From an uncultured Actinomycetes bacterium (GTDB lineage: Bacteria; Actinomycetota; Thermoleophilia; UBA2241), in the NCBI GenBank assembly GCA_963725665.1, contig CAVRZA010000001.1:64001-128000 (forward strand): a stretch of 64,000 nt of DNA. The letters are read 5' to 3'. Numbering within the stretch: the first letter of the stretch is position 1; every line of letters begins with the position of its first letter. The notes beneath the pieces are model-generated. The model saw only the letters and a list, made by a program, of their open reading frames with translations, was not told the DNA's origin and did not search any database. Below, piece by piece: positions 28,241 through 39,012 of this stretch. A program made the position numbers and the translations under genes.

Positions 28241-29917
28241 TTGATCGAGCACGACCTCCTCATCGTCGGGGCCGGCCTCGCCGGTATGCGCGCCGCCATC
28301 GCGGCCACCGACGCCGGTGTCGACGTCGGCGTGCTCACCAAGGTGTATCCGGTGCGCAGCCACACCTGCTGCGCCCAGGGCGGCATCAACGCGGCGCTGG
28401 GCGACGACGACTCCTGGGAAGCCCACCTGTTCGACACGGTCAAGGGTTCCGACTACCTCGGCGACCAGGACGCCATCGAAGCCCTGTGCAAGGACGGACC
28501 GCGCGACGTGATCGACCTCGAGCACATGGGTTGCCCCTTCTCGCGCACCGACGACGGTCGCATCGCACAGCGGCCCTTCGGCGGCGCCGGCTACCCGCGC
28601 ACCGCATACGCCGCCGACATCAGCGGCTTCGTGATCCTGCACACGCTGCACCAGCAGTGCCTGAAGCGTGGCGTGCGGTTCTACGAGGAGTGGTTCGTCA
28701 CCCGCCTGGTGATGAACGAAGGCAAGGCGGCCGGCGTGGTGGCCATCGAGGTGCGCAGCGGCCGGCTGCGGGAGCTGCGCGCCAAGGCCGTGCTCTTCGC
28801 CGCCGGTCCTTCGAGCCGCGTCTATGAGAACTCCTCGAACTCGGTGGACTGCACCGGCGACGGCGTGGCGATCGCCTACCGCGCCGGGCTGCCGATCATG
28901 GACGTGGAGTTCGTGCAGTTCCACCCCACCGGCCTGCGCAACGGCGTGCTCGTCACGGAGGGCGCTCGGGGCGAGGGAGGGATCCTTCTGAACGCGCTCG
29001 GCGAGCGCTTCATGAAGAAATACGCGCCGACCAAGATGGACCTCGCCTCGCGCGACGTCGTCTCGCGCGCCGAGGCGCAGGAGATCGCCGAGGGACGCGG
29101 CTTTCCGGGGGGCTTCATCCACCTCGACCTGCGCCCGATCGGCGCCGAGAAGATCAAGCACGATCTCTTCCAGGTGCGCGAGCTCTCGATGGAGATCGCC
29201 GGTGTGGACCCCTGCGAAGAGCCGATCCCGATCAAGCCCACGCCGCACTACTTCATGGGGGGCATCAAGGTCGACGTCGACGGAGCGGCGCCGGGCACCG
29301 AGGGTTTCTTCGCCGCCGGCGAGGTGGCCTGCGTGAGCGTGCACGGTGCGAACCGTCTCGGCGGCAACAGCCTGCTCGAGGGGCTCGTGTTCGGCAGGCG
29401 CGCGGGCGAGGCCGCGGCGGCCTTCGCGGCCGGCCTCGCCCGCGCGCCCGAGTTCCCCTCGTCGGCCCTGCCCGAGGTCGAGGCCGAGATCACGACCCTC
29501 GTCGCGCGCGACGACGGCGAGCGTCAGGCGCCCATCCGCGCCGCTCTGCAGGCGCTCATGAGCGAGAAAGCCGGCATCTACCGCTCGGAGGAGTCTCTCC
29601 GTGAGGCGCTCGAGGGCGTACGCGACCTCAAGGAGCGCTATGCGCAGGTGCGCTGCGACGACAAGCGGCGCTTGTTCAACACTGACCTGTTGCAGATCCT
29701 CGAGACGGGCCACCTGCTCGACATCGCCGAGTGCATCTGTGTCGGGGCGCTCGCCCGCGAGGAGAGCCGCGGCAGCCACGCGCGCACCGACTTCCCCGAA
29801 CGCGACGACGTCGCTTGGCTCAAGCACAGCCTGTACCGGCACACGCCCGATGGTCCCCGTCTCGACTACGCTCCGGTGACCATCACCAGGCACGCTCCCG
29901 AGACCAGGGCCTACTGA
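28241..29917 (+). CDS. sdhA: Succinate dehydrogenase / fumarate reductase flavoprotein subunit
   Basis: [16 protein letters not shown] (FAD-His), [37 protein letters not shown]. Confidence 0.96.
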   Translation: MIEHDLLIVGAGLAGMRAAIAATDAGVDVGVLTKVYPVRSHTCCAQGGINAALGDDDSWEAHLFDTVKGSDYLGDQDAIEALCKDGPRDVIDLEHMGCPFSRTDDGRIAQRPFGGAGYPRTAYAADISGFVILHTLHQQCLKRGVRFYEEWFVTRLVMNEGKAAGVVAIEVRSGRLRELRAKAVLFAAGPSSRVYENSSNSVDCTGDGVAIAYRAGLPIMDVEFVQFHPTGLRNGVLVTEGARGEGGILLNALGERFMKKYAPTKMDLASRDVVSRAEAQEIAEGRGFPGGFIHLDLRPIGAEKIKHDLFQVRELSMEIAGVDPCEEPIPIKPTPHYFMGGIKVDVDGAAPGTEGFFAAGEVACVSVHGANRLGGNSLLEGLVFGRRAGEAAAAFAAGLARAPEFPSSALPEVEAEITTLVARDDGERQAPIRAALQALMSEKAGIYRSEESLREALEGVRDLKERYAQVRCDDKRRLFNTDLLQILETGHLLDIAECICVGALAREESRGSHARTDFPERDDVAWLKHSLYRHTPDGPRLDYAPVTITRHAPETRAY

Positions 29918-29955
29918 TGGTCAGGGGCGTCCGCGACGTGAAGGTCACCTACTGA
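29917..29955 (+). CDS. 12-codon mini-[15 protein letters not shown] coupled by TGATG overlaps to sdhA and sdhB
   Basis: CCTACTGATGGT repeated at 29910 and 29948. Confidence 0.4.
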   Translation: MVRGVRDVKVTY

Positions 29956-30938
29956 TGGTGCAGGCGACGCTCGAGATCGGGCGCTTCGACCCCGGCCGTG
30001 ACCCGCAGCCCTACACCCAGCGCTTCACGGTCGAGCTCGCCGACGGCTCGACCGTGCTCGAGGCGTTGATGGCCGTGCAGGAGAACCAGGACGGCAGCCT
30101 GGCCTTTCGCCGCGCCTGCCGGCACGGCATCTGCGGCGCTTGCGCGATGCGCATCAACGGCTGCGCGCGCCTCGCCTGCAACACCCAGCTCGCGGACGTC
30201 GTGAAGCAGGCGGCGCTGATCTCGGAGCGGAGGGCTGAGGACGGTGCCGCCGTCATCGTCGCGCCGCTGGCGAACATGCCGGTCGTCAAGGACCTCGTGA
30301 CCGATCTGGAGGTGTTCTGGCGCAAGATCCGTCGCGTGCGGCCTTGGCTCGCGCCGCCCGGGGCGCCGGCCGATCCCGACCGCGAGCGGCTCATGACCCC
30401 GAGCGAGTGGGACGAGGTCGCCCAGGCCGTGTTGTGCCTAGAGTGCGGCGCCTGCTACTCGGCGTGCGAGTCGCTCACCGCGAGCCCGGAGTTCATCGGC
30501 CCGACCGCCCTCACCCAGGCCCATCGCTTCGTCGCCGACCCGCGCGACGGCGCGGCCCGCGAGCGCCTAGCCGATCTCTCCGACGAGCACGGCCTGTGGG
30601 AGTGCACGCGCTGCTTCGCGTGCACGGAGCGCTGTCCCAAGCACATCCGCGTGCGCGAGCTCATCGCCGAGCTCGGCGGCCTCGCCTACGGCGACCGCCT
30701 GCGCGACGACCCGGCCGTGCGCCACGCGGAGGCGTTCGTCGCCTCGCTGAGGGAGAGCGGGCGGCTGAACGAGGCGACGCTCGGCGTGAGGTCGCAGGGG
30801 GTGGCCTGGACGGTCCGTCACGCGGCGCAGATCGCTCGCCAGGCGCGGGCCGGCAAGCTCGCTTCGCCGCGGCCCGCGCCCATCGACGAGCACGAGACGC
30901 TCAGAGAGATCATGCAGCGCGCGGAGGACTCGCGGTGA
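29955..30938 (+). CDS. sdhB: Succinate dehydrogenase / fumarate reductase Fe-S subunit with C-terminal extension
   Basis: CRHGICGAC...C [2Fe-2S]; [11 protein letters not shown]; [12 protein letters not shown]. Confidence 0.93.
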   Translation: MVQATLEIGRFDPGRDPQPYTQRFTVELADGSTVLEALMAVQENQDGSLAFRRACRHGICGACAMRINGCARLACNTQLADVVKQAALISERRAEDGAAVIVAPLANMPVVKDLVTDLEVFWRKIRRVRPWLAPPGAPADPDRERLMTPSEWDEVAQAVLCLECGACYSACESLTASPEFIGPTALTQAHRFVADPRDGAARERLADLSDEHGLWECTRCFACTERCPKHIRVRELIAELGGLAYGDRLRDDPAVRHAEAFVASLRESGRLNEATLGVRSQGVAWTVRHAAQIARQARAGKLASPRPAPIDEHETLREIMQRAEDSR

Positions 30939-31822
30939 GCGCGTCGAGCTACGCCTACTACCCGGGGTGCTATCCCAAAGGGAGCACGCGCGAGCTCGAC
31001 GTCGCCACGCGGCTCACGTGCGAGGCCTTGGGGATCGTCCTGCACGAGATGACCGCCGCACCCTGTTGCGGCGCCGGCGACGTGCAAGAGATCGACGCGC
31101 CGCTGAACGCGGCGGTCAACGCGCTTACGCTGGCGCAGGCCGAGCGCGCCGCCGAAGACATCCTGACCATCTGCAACGTCTGCAACCTGAACCTGCGCCA
31201 GGTCAACGCCGAGCTCCGCGACGACCCCGGCGAGCTGGCGCGCGTCAACAAGGTCCTGGCGACGGTCGGCTACGGCTACCGGGGCACGGTCGAGGTGCGG
31301 CACCTCCTCTGGGTGCTGGCCCGCGACGTCGGCCCCGAGCGCCTCACCGCCGCGGTCAGGCGGCCGCTGCAGGGCCTGCGCGTGGCGCCCTTCTACGGCT
31401 GCCAGGTGCTGCGCCCGAGCGCCATCAACGACTTCGAGGACCCCGACGACCCGCGTTCGCTGGAGACGATCGTCGCAGCGTGCGGCGGAGTGCCGGTCGA
31501 CCACGAGCGCAGGACGGCGTGCTGCGGCTGGCCCGTCGTCATGGCGCGCGAGGACGGCGCTGTATGGATGGCGGCGCAGGTGCTGGCGAGCGCCAGGGAG
31601 GCCGGTGCCGACTTGATCGTCACGCCGTGTCCGCTCTGTCACGTCTCGCTCGACGGCTACCAGGCGAGCGCCGAGAAGATGCTGGCCGACGAGCTGCGGC
31701 TCCCGGTAGTGCACCTGCCGCAGCTCGTCGGCCTCGCTCTCGGCGCCTCGCCGCGTGAGCTGCGCCTCGACAAGCACGTGGTGCCCACGGCGCCGGCGTT
31801 GCGCAGGCTCGCCCCGCGCTAG
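30935..31822 (+). CDS. HdrB-like CCG-domain subunit (SdhE/MfrE-type)
   Basis: YYPGC, CCGA, CNVC, FYGCQ, CCG, CPLC; GTGA overlap with sdhB. Confidence 0.9.
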   Translation: MSASSYAYYPGCYPKGSTRELDVATRLTCEALGIVLHEMTAAPCCGAGDVQEIDAPLNAAVNALTLAQAERAAEDILTICNVCNLNLRQVNAELRDDPGELARVNKVLATVGYGYRGTVEVRHLLWVLARDVGPERLTAAVRRPLQGLRVAPFYGCQVLRPSAINDFEDPDDPRSLETIVAACGGVPVDHERRTACCGWPVVMAREDGAVWMAAQVLASAREAGADLIVTPCPLCHVSLDGYQASAEKMLADELRLPVVHLPQLVGLALGASPRELRLDKHVVPTAPALRRLAPR

Positions 31823-31866
31823 GGGCTCGCCGAGGGGGCTCGCCCCGCGCTGGCCGATCTCTCCTC

Positions 31867-33384
31867 CTACCCCGCCCGCGGCCTGAAGACGTAGAGGCGC
31901 ATGTAGGCCGCGACGACGATGGCGTGGTCCGTCGCCGAGACCGGGGCGTAACGCCCCTCGGAGAAGCGCCAGCGGACGCGGCCCGTGCGTGCGTCGAGGC
32001 CGTAGGTGCGGTGGGCGAGGTTGGAGAAGTAGACGGTGCCGCCGACGACCGACGGTCCCCCCGAGATGGCGCCCCTCGAGGCGAAGCTCCAGCGCACCGC
32101 GCCCGTGCGCAGATCGAGGGCGTAGAAGACGCCGGAGTAGGAGCCGACATAGACCCTGCCATGCCAGATCGCCGGCGACGAGTACACGTAGGCGCCCAGC
32201 GGACGCGACCACAGCAGGCGCCCGCTCGAGGCCGAGAAGCAGTAGACGGCGCGGCCGCTGCTGTTGGGGAAGACGACGCGACCTCCTGAGACCGCCGGCG
32301 TGCCGTAGAAGTTGCCGGCGCCGTGCGCGCGCCAACGCACGGCGCCCGTGCGCGCGTCGAGCGCGTACGCCGCGCCGTCGTAGCGGCCGATGTAGATGGT
32401 CCCGCGGGCGTAGGCCGCGCTCGAGGTGATCTTGGCGCCCAGGTGGGCGCGCCAGCGCACGCGTCCGTCGCGCTTGTCGAGGGCCCAGACGTTGCCGTGC
32501 CAGTCCCCGACGTACAGGAGGTTTCCCACCACCAGGGGAGAGGATTCGGTGGGGCCGACCGCGTTTCGTCTCCAGACGTCGTGACCGCTGAAGCAGTCGA
32601 TGGCGCGCACGGAGCCGCTGAGGAGGGTGAAGTAGGCGATGCGCCCGCTCACGGCCGGCTGCGAGGCGAAGTCGGAGTTCGTGCGGCGTTTCCAGACGAG
32701 CTTACCGTCGGCGAGGCGGCGCGCCACCATGTACCGGTGCTGGACGTTGTAGATGGCGAGCCCATAGGCCAGTGTCGCTGGGAACTCGAGCATCCCCCAC
32801 GACGGACTCTTCCAGAGCAGCCTGCCGGGCAGGCCGACGTCCAGCGCCGCCGCGTGGTGCGTGCGCGCGGCGTCGTAGCCCCACGTGGTCCACTGCGTGG
32901 CCGTGCGGTAGAGCGGGATCGTGACGCGCCCCTGCCTGTCGGCTCGCGTCTGCAGGGGGAACGTCGAGTAACCCGCGTGCGAGGGCGTGATGCGCAGGCG
33001 CTGTCGTGCTCGCCGCGTCTCGACCACGGCAATGCCCTGGGCGTCGGTCTGCACCACGGACTTCACGGTCGTGACGTCCCTTGGGGCCGTGACCACGAGG
33101 CGCACCCCCGCGAGCGGCCTCTGCGTGCCGCCGTCGACGACGCTGAGGGTCACCTGGTGCGACGGGGTGGCTGACGGAGTGGGGGTTGGGCTGGGGGTGG
33201 GGCCGGCTGGCGGCGGCGGCGTGCCGGAGGAGCCGCAGCCGGCCAGCCCCACCCCGACGATGATCAGTCCGCTGAGTGCCGCGGCGCGCAGTGCATGAGC
33301 GCCGCGCGGGGCGGCCGACCCGGCGCGCGAGCGCGACGAACGGCGGGCACGGCCGAGCAGGGTCCCGGGGACGGCGTGGGCGGT
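31867..33384 (-). CDS. PQQ-like beta-propeller repeat lipoprotein (start uncertain)
   Basis: Lipobox LAGC, PT-rich linker, repeated SSPA...YALDARTGAVRW blades. Confidence 0.85.
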   Translation of the reverse strand, partial: TAHAVPGTLLGRARRSSRSRAGSAAPRGAHALRAAALSGLIIVGVGLAGCGSSGTPPPPAGPTPSPTPTPSATPSHQVTLSVVDGGTQRPLAGVRLVVTAPRDVTTVKSVVQTDAQGIAVVETRRARQRLRITPSHAGYSTFPLQTRADRQGRVTIPLYRTATQWTTWGYDAARTHHAAALDVGLPGRLLWKSPSWGMLEFPATLAYGLAIYNVQHRYMVARRLADGKLVWKRRTNSDFASQPAVSGRIAYFTLLSGSVRAIDCFSGHDVWRRNAVGPTESSPLVVGNLLYVGDWHGNVWALDKRDGRVRWRAHLGAKITSSAAYARGTIYIGRYDGAAYALDARTGAVRWRAHGAGNFYGTPAVSGGRVVFPNSSGRAVYCFSASSGRLLWSRPLGAYVYSSPAIWHGRVYVGSYSGVFYALDLRTGAVRWSFASRGAISGGPSVVGGTVYFSNLAHRTYGLDARTGRVRWRFSEGRYAPVSATDHAIVVAAYMRLYVFRPRAG

Positions 33385-33417
33385 CATATACAATGCCCTC
33401 ATGGAGAGAGACCCGCT

Positions 33418-33987
33418 TTGACCTGGGTGTGGGCGATAGGACGCCTCTTGGGCCTATCGACGGCCGCGGGCATCCGCGCCTCGCTCGTGCTGGCCGTCAT
33501 CGGCATCCTCGGCCGCGAGGGCTGGGGTATCCACTTGTCGGCCGGTTTCCTGTGGCTGCAGACCTGGATCGCCATCGTCGTCTTCATAGTACTCGCCATC
33601 TTCGAAGGGTCCTTCGACAAGGTGCCCACCTTCGACCGCTTGCAGAACCGTCTCCTGGTGCCCTGGCGCATCGCCGCCGGCGCTATCGCCGGCGGCGCCG
33701 TGATGGCTCACGGCACCACCGGCCTCATCATCGGCCTCGTCGGCGGGGGCGCTCTCGCCTATCTGGGCATGTACGTGAAGTTCGCCATCCGGCCGCGCTC
33801 GACGACGAGCGGCGCGGCCGTCGGGCTGATCAGCCTGACCGAGGACCTGGTGGCCTTCGCCACGGCCGTCCTCACCGGTCTGCTGGCTCCGATCGGCTAC
33901 GTCTTCTTCGCGTGGACGCTCTGGCTCGTCGAGCGTTTGCGGCGCCGGCGCAGCGCGAAGTACAAGGGCCTGCGCGTGCTGCGCTAA
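33418..33987 (+). CDS. DUF4126 family membrane protein
   Basis: GLSTAAGIRASL, E..FDKVP, SLTED. Confidence 0.75.
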   Translation: MTWVWAIGRLLGLSTAAGIRASLVLAVIGILGREGWGIHLSAGFLWLQTWIAIVVFIVLAIFEGSFDKVPTFDRLQNRLLVPWRIAAGAIAGGAVMAHGTTGLIIGLVGGGALAYLGMYVKFAIRPRSTTSGAAVGLISLTEDLVAFATAVLTGLLAPIGYVFFAWTLWLVERLRRRRSAKYKGLRVLR

Positions 33988-34016
33988 AGCGCGCCGCGGC
34001 CGAGCGAGGTCTTCTC

Positions 34017-34694
34017 GTGGACGACGCAGGCAAGCTCGCCGACCGCCGGCTGCGGATGGTCGAGGAACAGATCGTGCGCCGCGGCGTCACCGACGCCAAC
34101 GTGGTCGCGGCCATGCGGTCCGTGCCGCGTCACCTCTTCTTGCCCCCCGAACGTGAGCACGAGGCCTACGCCGACGAGGCGCTGCCCATCGGCCACGGCC
34201 AGACCATCTCGCAGCCCTACATGGTCGCGCTGATGACGCAGCTCCTGGGGCTCGACGTGCGCAAGAAGATCTTCGATGTCGGCAGCGGCTCGGGCTACCA
34301 GACGGCGGTGCTGTGCGAGATGGCGGGCGAGGTCTTCGCGATCGAGCGCATCCCCGAGCTGGCCGAGCGCTCGCGAGCCGTGCTCGAGAAGCTCGGCTAC
34401 GACAACGTGACCGTCATCACCGGCGACGGCACCATGGGCTTGCCCGAGCAGGCGCCCTTCGACGCCATCTTGGTCGCGGCCGCAGCGCCGGAGGCGCCGC
34501 GGCCGCTCCTGGGGCAGCTCGCCGACGGCGGCCGCCTCGTGATCCCCTTGGGGCCGGTGCACCGCGAGCAGATGCTCACCGTCTTCACGCGCGAAGGGAC
34601 GGGCCTCCGCCGCGACGAACACGTCTACTGCCGCTTCGTGCCCCTGATCGGCGAGGAAGGCCTCGGGGGCGCTCAAGGCGACGGAGCGGTGTGA
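34017..34694 (+). CDS. pcm: Protein-L-isoaspartate O-methyltransferase
   Basis: VPRHLF, AYADEALPIGHGQTISQPYMVA, GSGSGYQ, APFDAI, RFVPL. Confidence 0.95.
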   Translation: MDDAGKLADRRLRMVEEQIVRRGVTDANVVAAMRSVPRHLFLPPEREHEAYADEALPIGHGQTISQPYMVALMTQLLGLDVRKKIFDVGSGSGYQTAVLCEMAGEVFAIERIPELAERSRAVLEKLGYDNVTVITGDGTMGLPEQAPFDAILVAAAAPEAPRPLLGQLADGGRLVIPLGPVHREQMLTVFTREGTGLRRDEHVYCRFVPLIGEEGLGGAQGDGAV

Positions 34695-34709
34695 GGCAGG
34701 AGGCCCACG

Positions 34710-35012
34710 GTGGCCGACGAAGCTGAAAGGATGCCTGTGGACGACGTCGCGCGGCGCTTGCGGGTGCACGGCCTCGTGCAGGGCGTCTACTACCGTTACG
34801 CGACGCGCCAGGTGGCGAGCGTGCTGGGCCTCTCGGGGTGGGTGGCCAACCGCCGCGACGGCAGCGTCGAGGCGTTCGTGCAGGGGCCGCCGGAGCACGT
34901 CGAGGAGCTGATCGCCTGGTGCGGTGAAGGACCGCGCGGGGCGCGCGTCGAGCGCGTCGACGTCGAAGACGCCGCGCTCGACGCGCGCCTCACCGGCTTC
35001 GGCATCAGGTGA
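34710..35012 (+). CDS. acyP: Acylphosphatase
   Basis: VHGLVQGVYYR, GWVANRRDGSVE, WCGEGP. Confidence 0.92.
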   Translation: MADEAERMPVDDVARRLRVHGLVQGVYYRYATRQVASVLGLSGWVANRRDGSVEAFVQGPPEHVEELIAWCGEGPRGARVERVDVEDAALDARLTGFGIR

Positions 35013-35080
35013 GCGTGGAAGACGAGGGCTAACGGCCGCCGTTTGGGCGGCCGATGAGCAGATACGAGAGAGTAGGTAGG

Positions 35081-35755
35081 ATGGCGAGCCGCACGCGCGT
35101 GACACTGGAGAAGGTCCGCAAGGACCCCGAGACGAAGGCGTTCGTCAAGAAGGCCGACGAGAACCTCGAGAAGCTCGGCTACACGGAGCATTCGACGCGC
35201 CACGCCGGCCTCGTGGCGCACATCGCCGAGAACATCCTTCTGCGTCTCGGCCACCCCAAGCGCGAGGCCGAGCTGGCCGCCATCGCCGGCTACCTGCACG
35301 ACATCGGCAACGTCGTCACCCGGCTCGACCACGGCATCGCATCGGCGCTCATCGCGCGCGAGATCCTGGAGCAGCTCGGGATGCCTGTCGAGGAGTATAC
35401 GGAGGTCATGGCCGCCGTCGGCAATCACGAGGAGGAGTACGGCGAGCCGGTCAGCGCCATCGCCGCCGCGCTGATCCTGGGCGACAAGTCCGACGTGCAC
35501 AAGAGCCGCGTGCGCAATCTCGACCCCAAGACCTTCGACATACACGACCGCGTCAACTTCGCCAGCCAGAAGTCGTTCGTGGCCGTCAACGCCGAGTCGA
35601 GGACGATCACGCTCCTACTCGAGATCGACACCACCGTCTCGCAGGTGATGGAGTACTTCGAGATCTTCCTCTCGCGCATGGTGATGTGCCGCCGCGCGGC
35701 GAGCTTCCTCGGCTGCGACTTCAACCTGGTCATCAACGGCACGCGGCTGCTGTAG
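35081..35755 (+). CDS. HD-domain phosphohydrolase
   Basis: GYTEHSTRH, GYLHDIGN, GNHEE, DKSDVH, FDIHDRVN. Confidence 0.9.
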   Translation: MASRTRVTLEKVRKDPETKAFVKKADENLEKLGYTEHSTRHAGLVAHIAENILLRLGHPKREAELAAIAGYLHDIGNVVTRLDHGIASALIAREILEQLGMPVEEYTEVMAAVGNHEEEYGEPVSAIAAALILGDKSDVHKSRVRNLDPKTFDIHDRVNFASQKSFVAVNAESRTITLLLEIDTTVSQVMEYFEIFLSRMVMCRRAASFLGCDFNLVINGTRLL

Positions 35756-35869
35756 GAGTCCACAATGAGCCCCGTGGCATCCAGCAGGAGCCGTGACTAC
35801 ACGATAGGGGAGCGCACGCGACCCATCCCGCGGCGCACGAAGACGAGAGACGACTACGGAGGTGGTCAC

Positions 35870-36127
35870 ATGGCAAAGCGAAGGAAGAGGGGCGGCCTCC
35901 TGTTCGGGCTGCTCGTCGGCGCCGGGATCGCGCTGCTTCTGGCGCCCAAGACGGGCAAGGAGCTGCGCAATCAGCTCTTCGGCGGGTCGCTCGACGAGCA
36001 GCGGTCACGGCTGCAGGACGCCGTCGGGGCCGGCCGCGAGTCGGCCGAGAAGCGTGCCGAGACCCTGCGCGCGAAGATCGAAGAGACGAGGCAGCGCCTG
36101 CGCGAGCAGATGGGTGACTCCGCCTAG
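35870..36127 (+). CDS. YtxH domain protein
   Basis: GLLVGAGIALLLAPKTGKELR; GGAGG RBS. Confidence 0.88.
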   Translation: MAKRRKRGGLLFGLLVGAGIALLLAPKTGKELRNQLFGGSLDEQRSRLQDAVGAGRESAEKRAETLRAKIEETRQRLREQMGDSA

Positions 36128-36152
36128 CCACCCGCGCGTGTCTCCAGGGACT

Positions 36153-36998
36153 ATGCGGGCGGCGGCCGCGCTGAGCGCGGCCGCCGCCCTCGGTCTGTCG
36201 TACCTCCTCTTCGAGTCGCAGTGGTTGCGCCGGGTCGAGCAAGAACTGGGGATCCCCGGGCTCCCGCACGAACTCGATGGGTTCACCGTGGCCCAGCTCT
36301 CCGACCTGCACGTGGGGTTCGTGCCGAGCTTCAATGTGCGCACCTTGCGCAAGGCCGTGGCCGTGCTCCACGCCGCGCGCCCTGACCTGATCGCCGTCAC
36401 CGGCGACCTCGTCACCGGCAGCGGGCGCCTCGAGGCCCTGCGGGCCGAGCTCGCCCGTCTGCGTGCGCCCCACGGCGTCTTCGCTGTGCTCGGCAACCAC
36501 GACCACGCCGAGGCGAAGTTCGTGCCCGTTCGGCCGCCCTCGCCCGAGGAGCTGGGCCGCCTGACCGAAGGGGCGGGCGTCAGGCTGCTCACGAACGAGT
36601 GCGTCACGGTGCCCGTCGGCGCGGCGGCGGTGCAGGTCTGCGGCGTCGACGACGTGCAACACGGCTACGGCGACCTGGCGGCGGTCGAGGCTCGCCTCGA
36701 CCGCCGCCAGGTCGTACTCCGCCTGCTCCTGAGCCACTTCGGCGAAGTCGCCGCGCGCGTGGCGCCGGGCGACTTCGCCCTCATCCTCTCTGGGGATACG
36801 CACGGGGGGCAGATCTGCCTTCCCTGGTTCGGCGGGCGCGTGATGTTGAGCAGCCCGCGCGCCGAGTTCCGCGAGGGCTTCCATCGCCGCGACGGCGCGC
36901 TCGTCTACGTCACGCGCGGCGTCGGCACGAGCTTTCTGCCCTTCCGCTTACTCTGCCGCCCCGAGGTCGTCCTCTTCCGCCTCAGAGCGGCACGGTAG
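36153..36998 (+). CDS. Metallophosphoesterase (YkuE-like)
   Basis: SDLH, TGDLV, GNHDH, SGDTHGGQ, VTRGVG, CRPEV. Confidence 0.9.
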   Translation: MRAAAALSAAAALGLSYLLFESQWLRRVEQELGIPGLPHELDGFTVAQLSDLHVGFVPSFNVRTLRKAVAVLHAARPDLIAVTGDLVTGSGRLEALRAELARLRAPHGVFAVLGNHDHAEAKFVPVRPPSPEELGRLTEGAGVRLLTNECVTVPVGAAAVQVCGVDDVQHGYGDLAAVEARLDRRQVVLRLLLSHFGEVAARVAPGDFALILSGDTHGGQICLPWFGGRVMLSSPRAEFREGFHRRDGALVYVTRGVGTSFLPFRLLCRPEVVLFRLRAAR

Positions 36999-37013
36999 GC
37001 GGTAGCCTGAGGC

Positions 37014-38183
37014 TCAGCCCCCCCTGACGGCGCGCAGCGCGCGCGCCGGCCACGGCGCCACCTCGAGGATCGCCGCCGTGGGACAGATCTCCGTGCAGGC
37101 GTAGCAGCGCACGCAGGGGTCGTCGTCGAAGACCGGCACGGGGTCCAGCGTGATCGCCTTGACGCCGCAGATCTCGACGCAGTTCCCGCACCTGGTGCAG
37201 GCAGAGGCGTCGACGAGCCGGGGACGAGCGCTCAGGAGGCTGCGCGACAGCCGTCCCAGGGTGGCCGGTGCGGGTGTGGTCGCGCCTCCCTGCGTGCCCT
37301 CGAAGTCGCGCGTCGAGGGCTCGAAACCGTGGTCGCGTGCGATAGGGTCGCCGGCGAGGTCGTAGGGGCGGTGGAGGTCGATCAGGCCACGGCGCTCGGC
37401 GGCGGCGAGGGTGTGGACGTAGTGGTAGCGATGGTCGGTGCGGTCGGCGAGGGCGGCGTCGAGCGCGATGGCGTCGCGGGCCGCGAAGAGCGACTCCATC
37501 CGGCGCGGACGGCCGCTTCCCGGCCCCTTGCCCTCCATGGCGACGACGGCGTCGATGACGGAGAAGCGCGGCCGCAGGGCGAGGTAGAGGTCGAGCAGCA
37601 TGTCGGCGAAATCCTCGCGTCGCTGAGCCTTGACGTGGAGCTGGGCCTTGAGCAAGCCCGGGACACAGCCGAAGGCGAGCTTCACGCCGCCGGTGAGGCG
37701 CATGAGGCCGTGCGTCTTCAAGGGGCCCACCTGCACGATGGCATCCGCCTCGGTGAAGCAACGGCAGACGGTGAACGAGCGGAAGAGCCTGCCCTCGGGG
37801 GCCTCGATCCTGACGGTCTCGGCATCGGCGTGGACGGCCTCCACGCCCTCTTCGGCGCAGACGCCGGCGATGCCCGCCTCGGCGTAGGCCTTCATCACGG
37901 CGCCTTCGCGCCCGGTCCCACCGGGGCTGTCGGCGACGAACGGCAGCGCGCCGGCCTGCTTGAGGGCGCGCAGCACGACGCGCAGGGTCTCCGGGTTCGT
38001 GGTGACGACCTTCTCCGGCGCCGCGGCGCGGAGCAGGTTGATCTTGACGGCGACGCGCTCGCCGGGCGAGACGATCGCCGGCCAGCCCCCGAAGGGGGCG
38101 ACCAGGCGCTCGACCGACCCGGCGAGCGCGTCGCCGTAGCTTGCCGTGACGTGGGAGACCAGCGCGGGACCTGCCGACTGCAT
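37014..38183 (-). CDS. DUF362 domain protein with two 4Fe-4S motifs
   Basis: VKINL, LKTH, MEGKGP, CTRCGNCVEIC, CVRCYACTEICP. Confidence 0.88.
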   Translation of the reverse strand: MQSAGPALVSHVTASYGDALAGSVERLVAPFGGWPAIVSPGERVAVKINLLRAAAPEKVVTTNPETLRVVLRALKQAGALPFVADSPGGTGREGAVMKAYAEAGIAGVCAEEGVEAVHADAETVRIEAPEGRLFRSFTVCRCFTEADAIVQVGPLKTHGLMRLTGGVKLAFGCVPGLLKAQLHVKAQRREDFADMLLDLYLALRPRFSVIDAVVAMEGKGPGSGRPRRMESLFAARDAIALDAALADRTDHRYHYVHTLAAAERRGLIDLHRPYDLAGDPIARDHGFEPSTRDFEGTQGGATTPAPATLGRLSRSLLSARPRLVDASACTRCGNCVEICGVKAITLDPVPVFDDDPCVRCYACTEICPTAAILEVAPWPARALRAVRGG

Positions 38184-38250
38184 GGCCCTCAGTCTAGCCT
38201 GTCGCACCGTTGCGTGCAGCAGGACGCACGACAGCGGCGCGCAGAGGGCG

Positions 38251-38979
38251 CTAGGAGTTGGCGGTCTGTCTTGTCAGCCAAGCCGGCGGCTTGAGGTAGA
38301 GCCAGAGCACCCCGAGCGTGTAGACGAGAGCGATGGGAAGGGCGGCCTCTTCGATCGTGTCGCTGCCGAGCAGCTCGCCGACCTCGCGCAGGCCGCTCAC
38401 GAGAAGGTAGGCCGAGAAGGCGAGCAAGAGAAGGCTTGTGATCCTGAAGAAGAGGCCGATGTCGAGACGCCTGCCGCCCTGGTACACGACCACGCCTAGA
38501 GTGACGGCGACGGCAAGGCCGGCCAAGCCGCCGACCAAGGTCGCGGCCGCCGAGCTTGCGCCGCTGGCCGCGAAGAGGAAGAGCGCCATCTCGATCCCCT
38601 CCCGCACGACGGCCACGAAGGCCAGCCAGAAGAGGGCCCTGCCCCCCGCGGCGAGGGCGGCGCCTACCTTGTTGCGCAGACTGGATGACGCGGCAGAGCT
38701 CTGCTTGCGCATCCAGAAGATCATCCAGGTAAGCAGCGCGGCGGCGGTCAGCATCGTGGCGCCCTCGAACACCTGCTCCGCGGTGCCTTCGAGCTCCCGT
38801 CCCGTCGCGAAGAGAAGGGTCGCCGCGGCGATGCTCACGAGCGTCGCGAGGCCGACGCCGACCCATACCCTGCGCCGGGCGTCTCCCGCTTGCGCGGAGC
38901 GCAGCGTGGCCAGCACGAGCCCCACGATGAGCGCCGCCTCGAAGCCTTCGCGCAGGGTGACGAGGAGCGAGCCGATCAT
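38251..38979 (-). CDS. FTR1 family iron permease
   Basis: Two REGxE motifs (LREGFEA, VREGIEM); multiple TM. Confidence 0.93.
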   Translation of the reverse strand: MIGSLLVTLREGFEAALIVGLVLATLRSAQAGDARRRVWVGVGLATLVSIAAATLLFATGRELEGTAEQVFEGATMLTAAALLTWMIFWMRKQSSAASSSLRNKVGAALAAGGRALFWLAFVAVVREGIEMALFLFAASGASSAAATLVGGLAGLAVAVTLGVVVYQGGRRLDIGLFFRITSLLLLAFSAYLLVSGLREVGELLGSDTIEEAALPIALVYTLGVLWLYLKPPAWLTRQTANS

Positions 38980-39012
38980 GGAGACCGCCTTTGGGTAGGG
39001 GGAGCAACCGTC

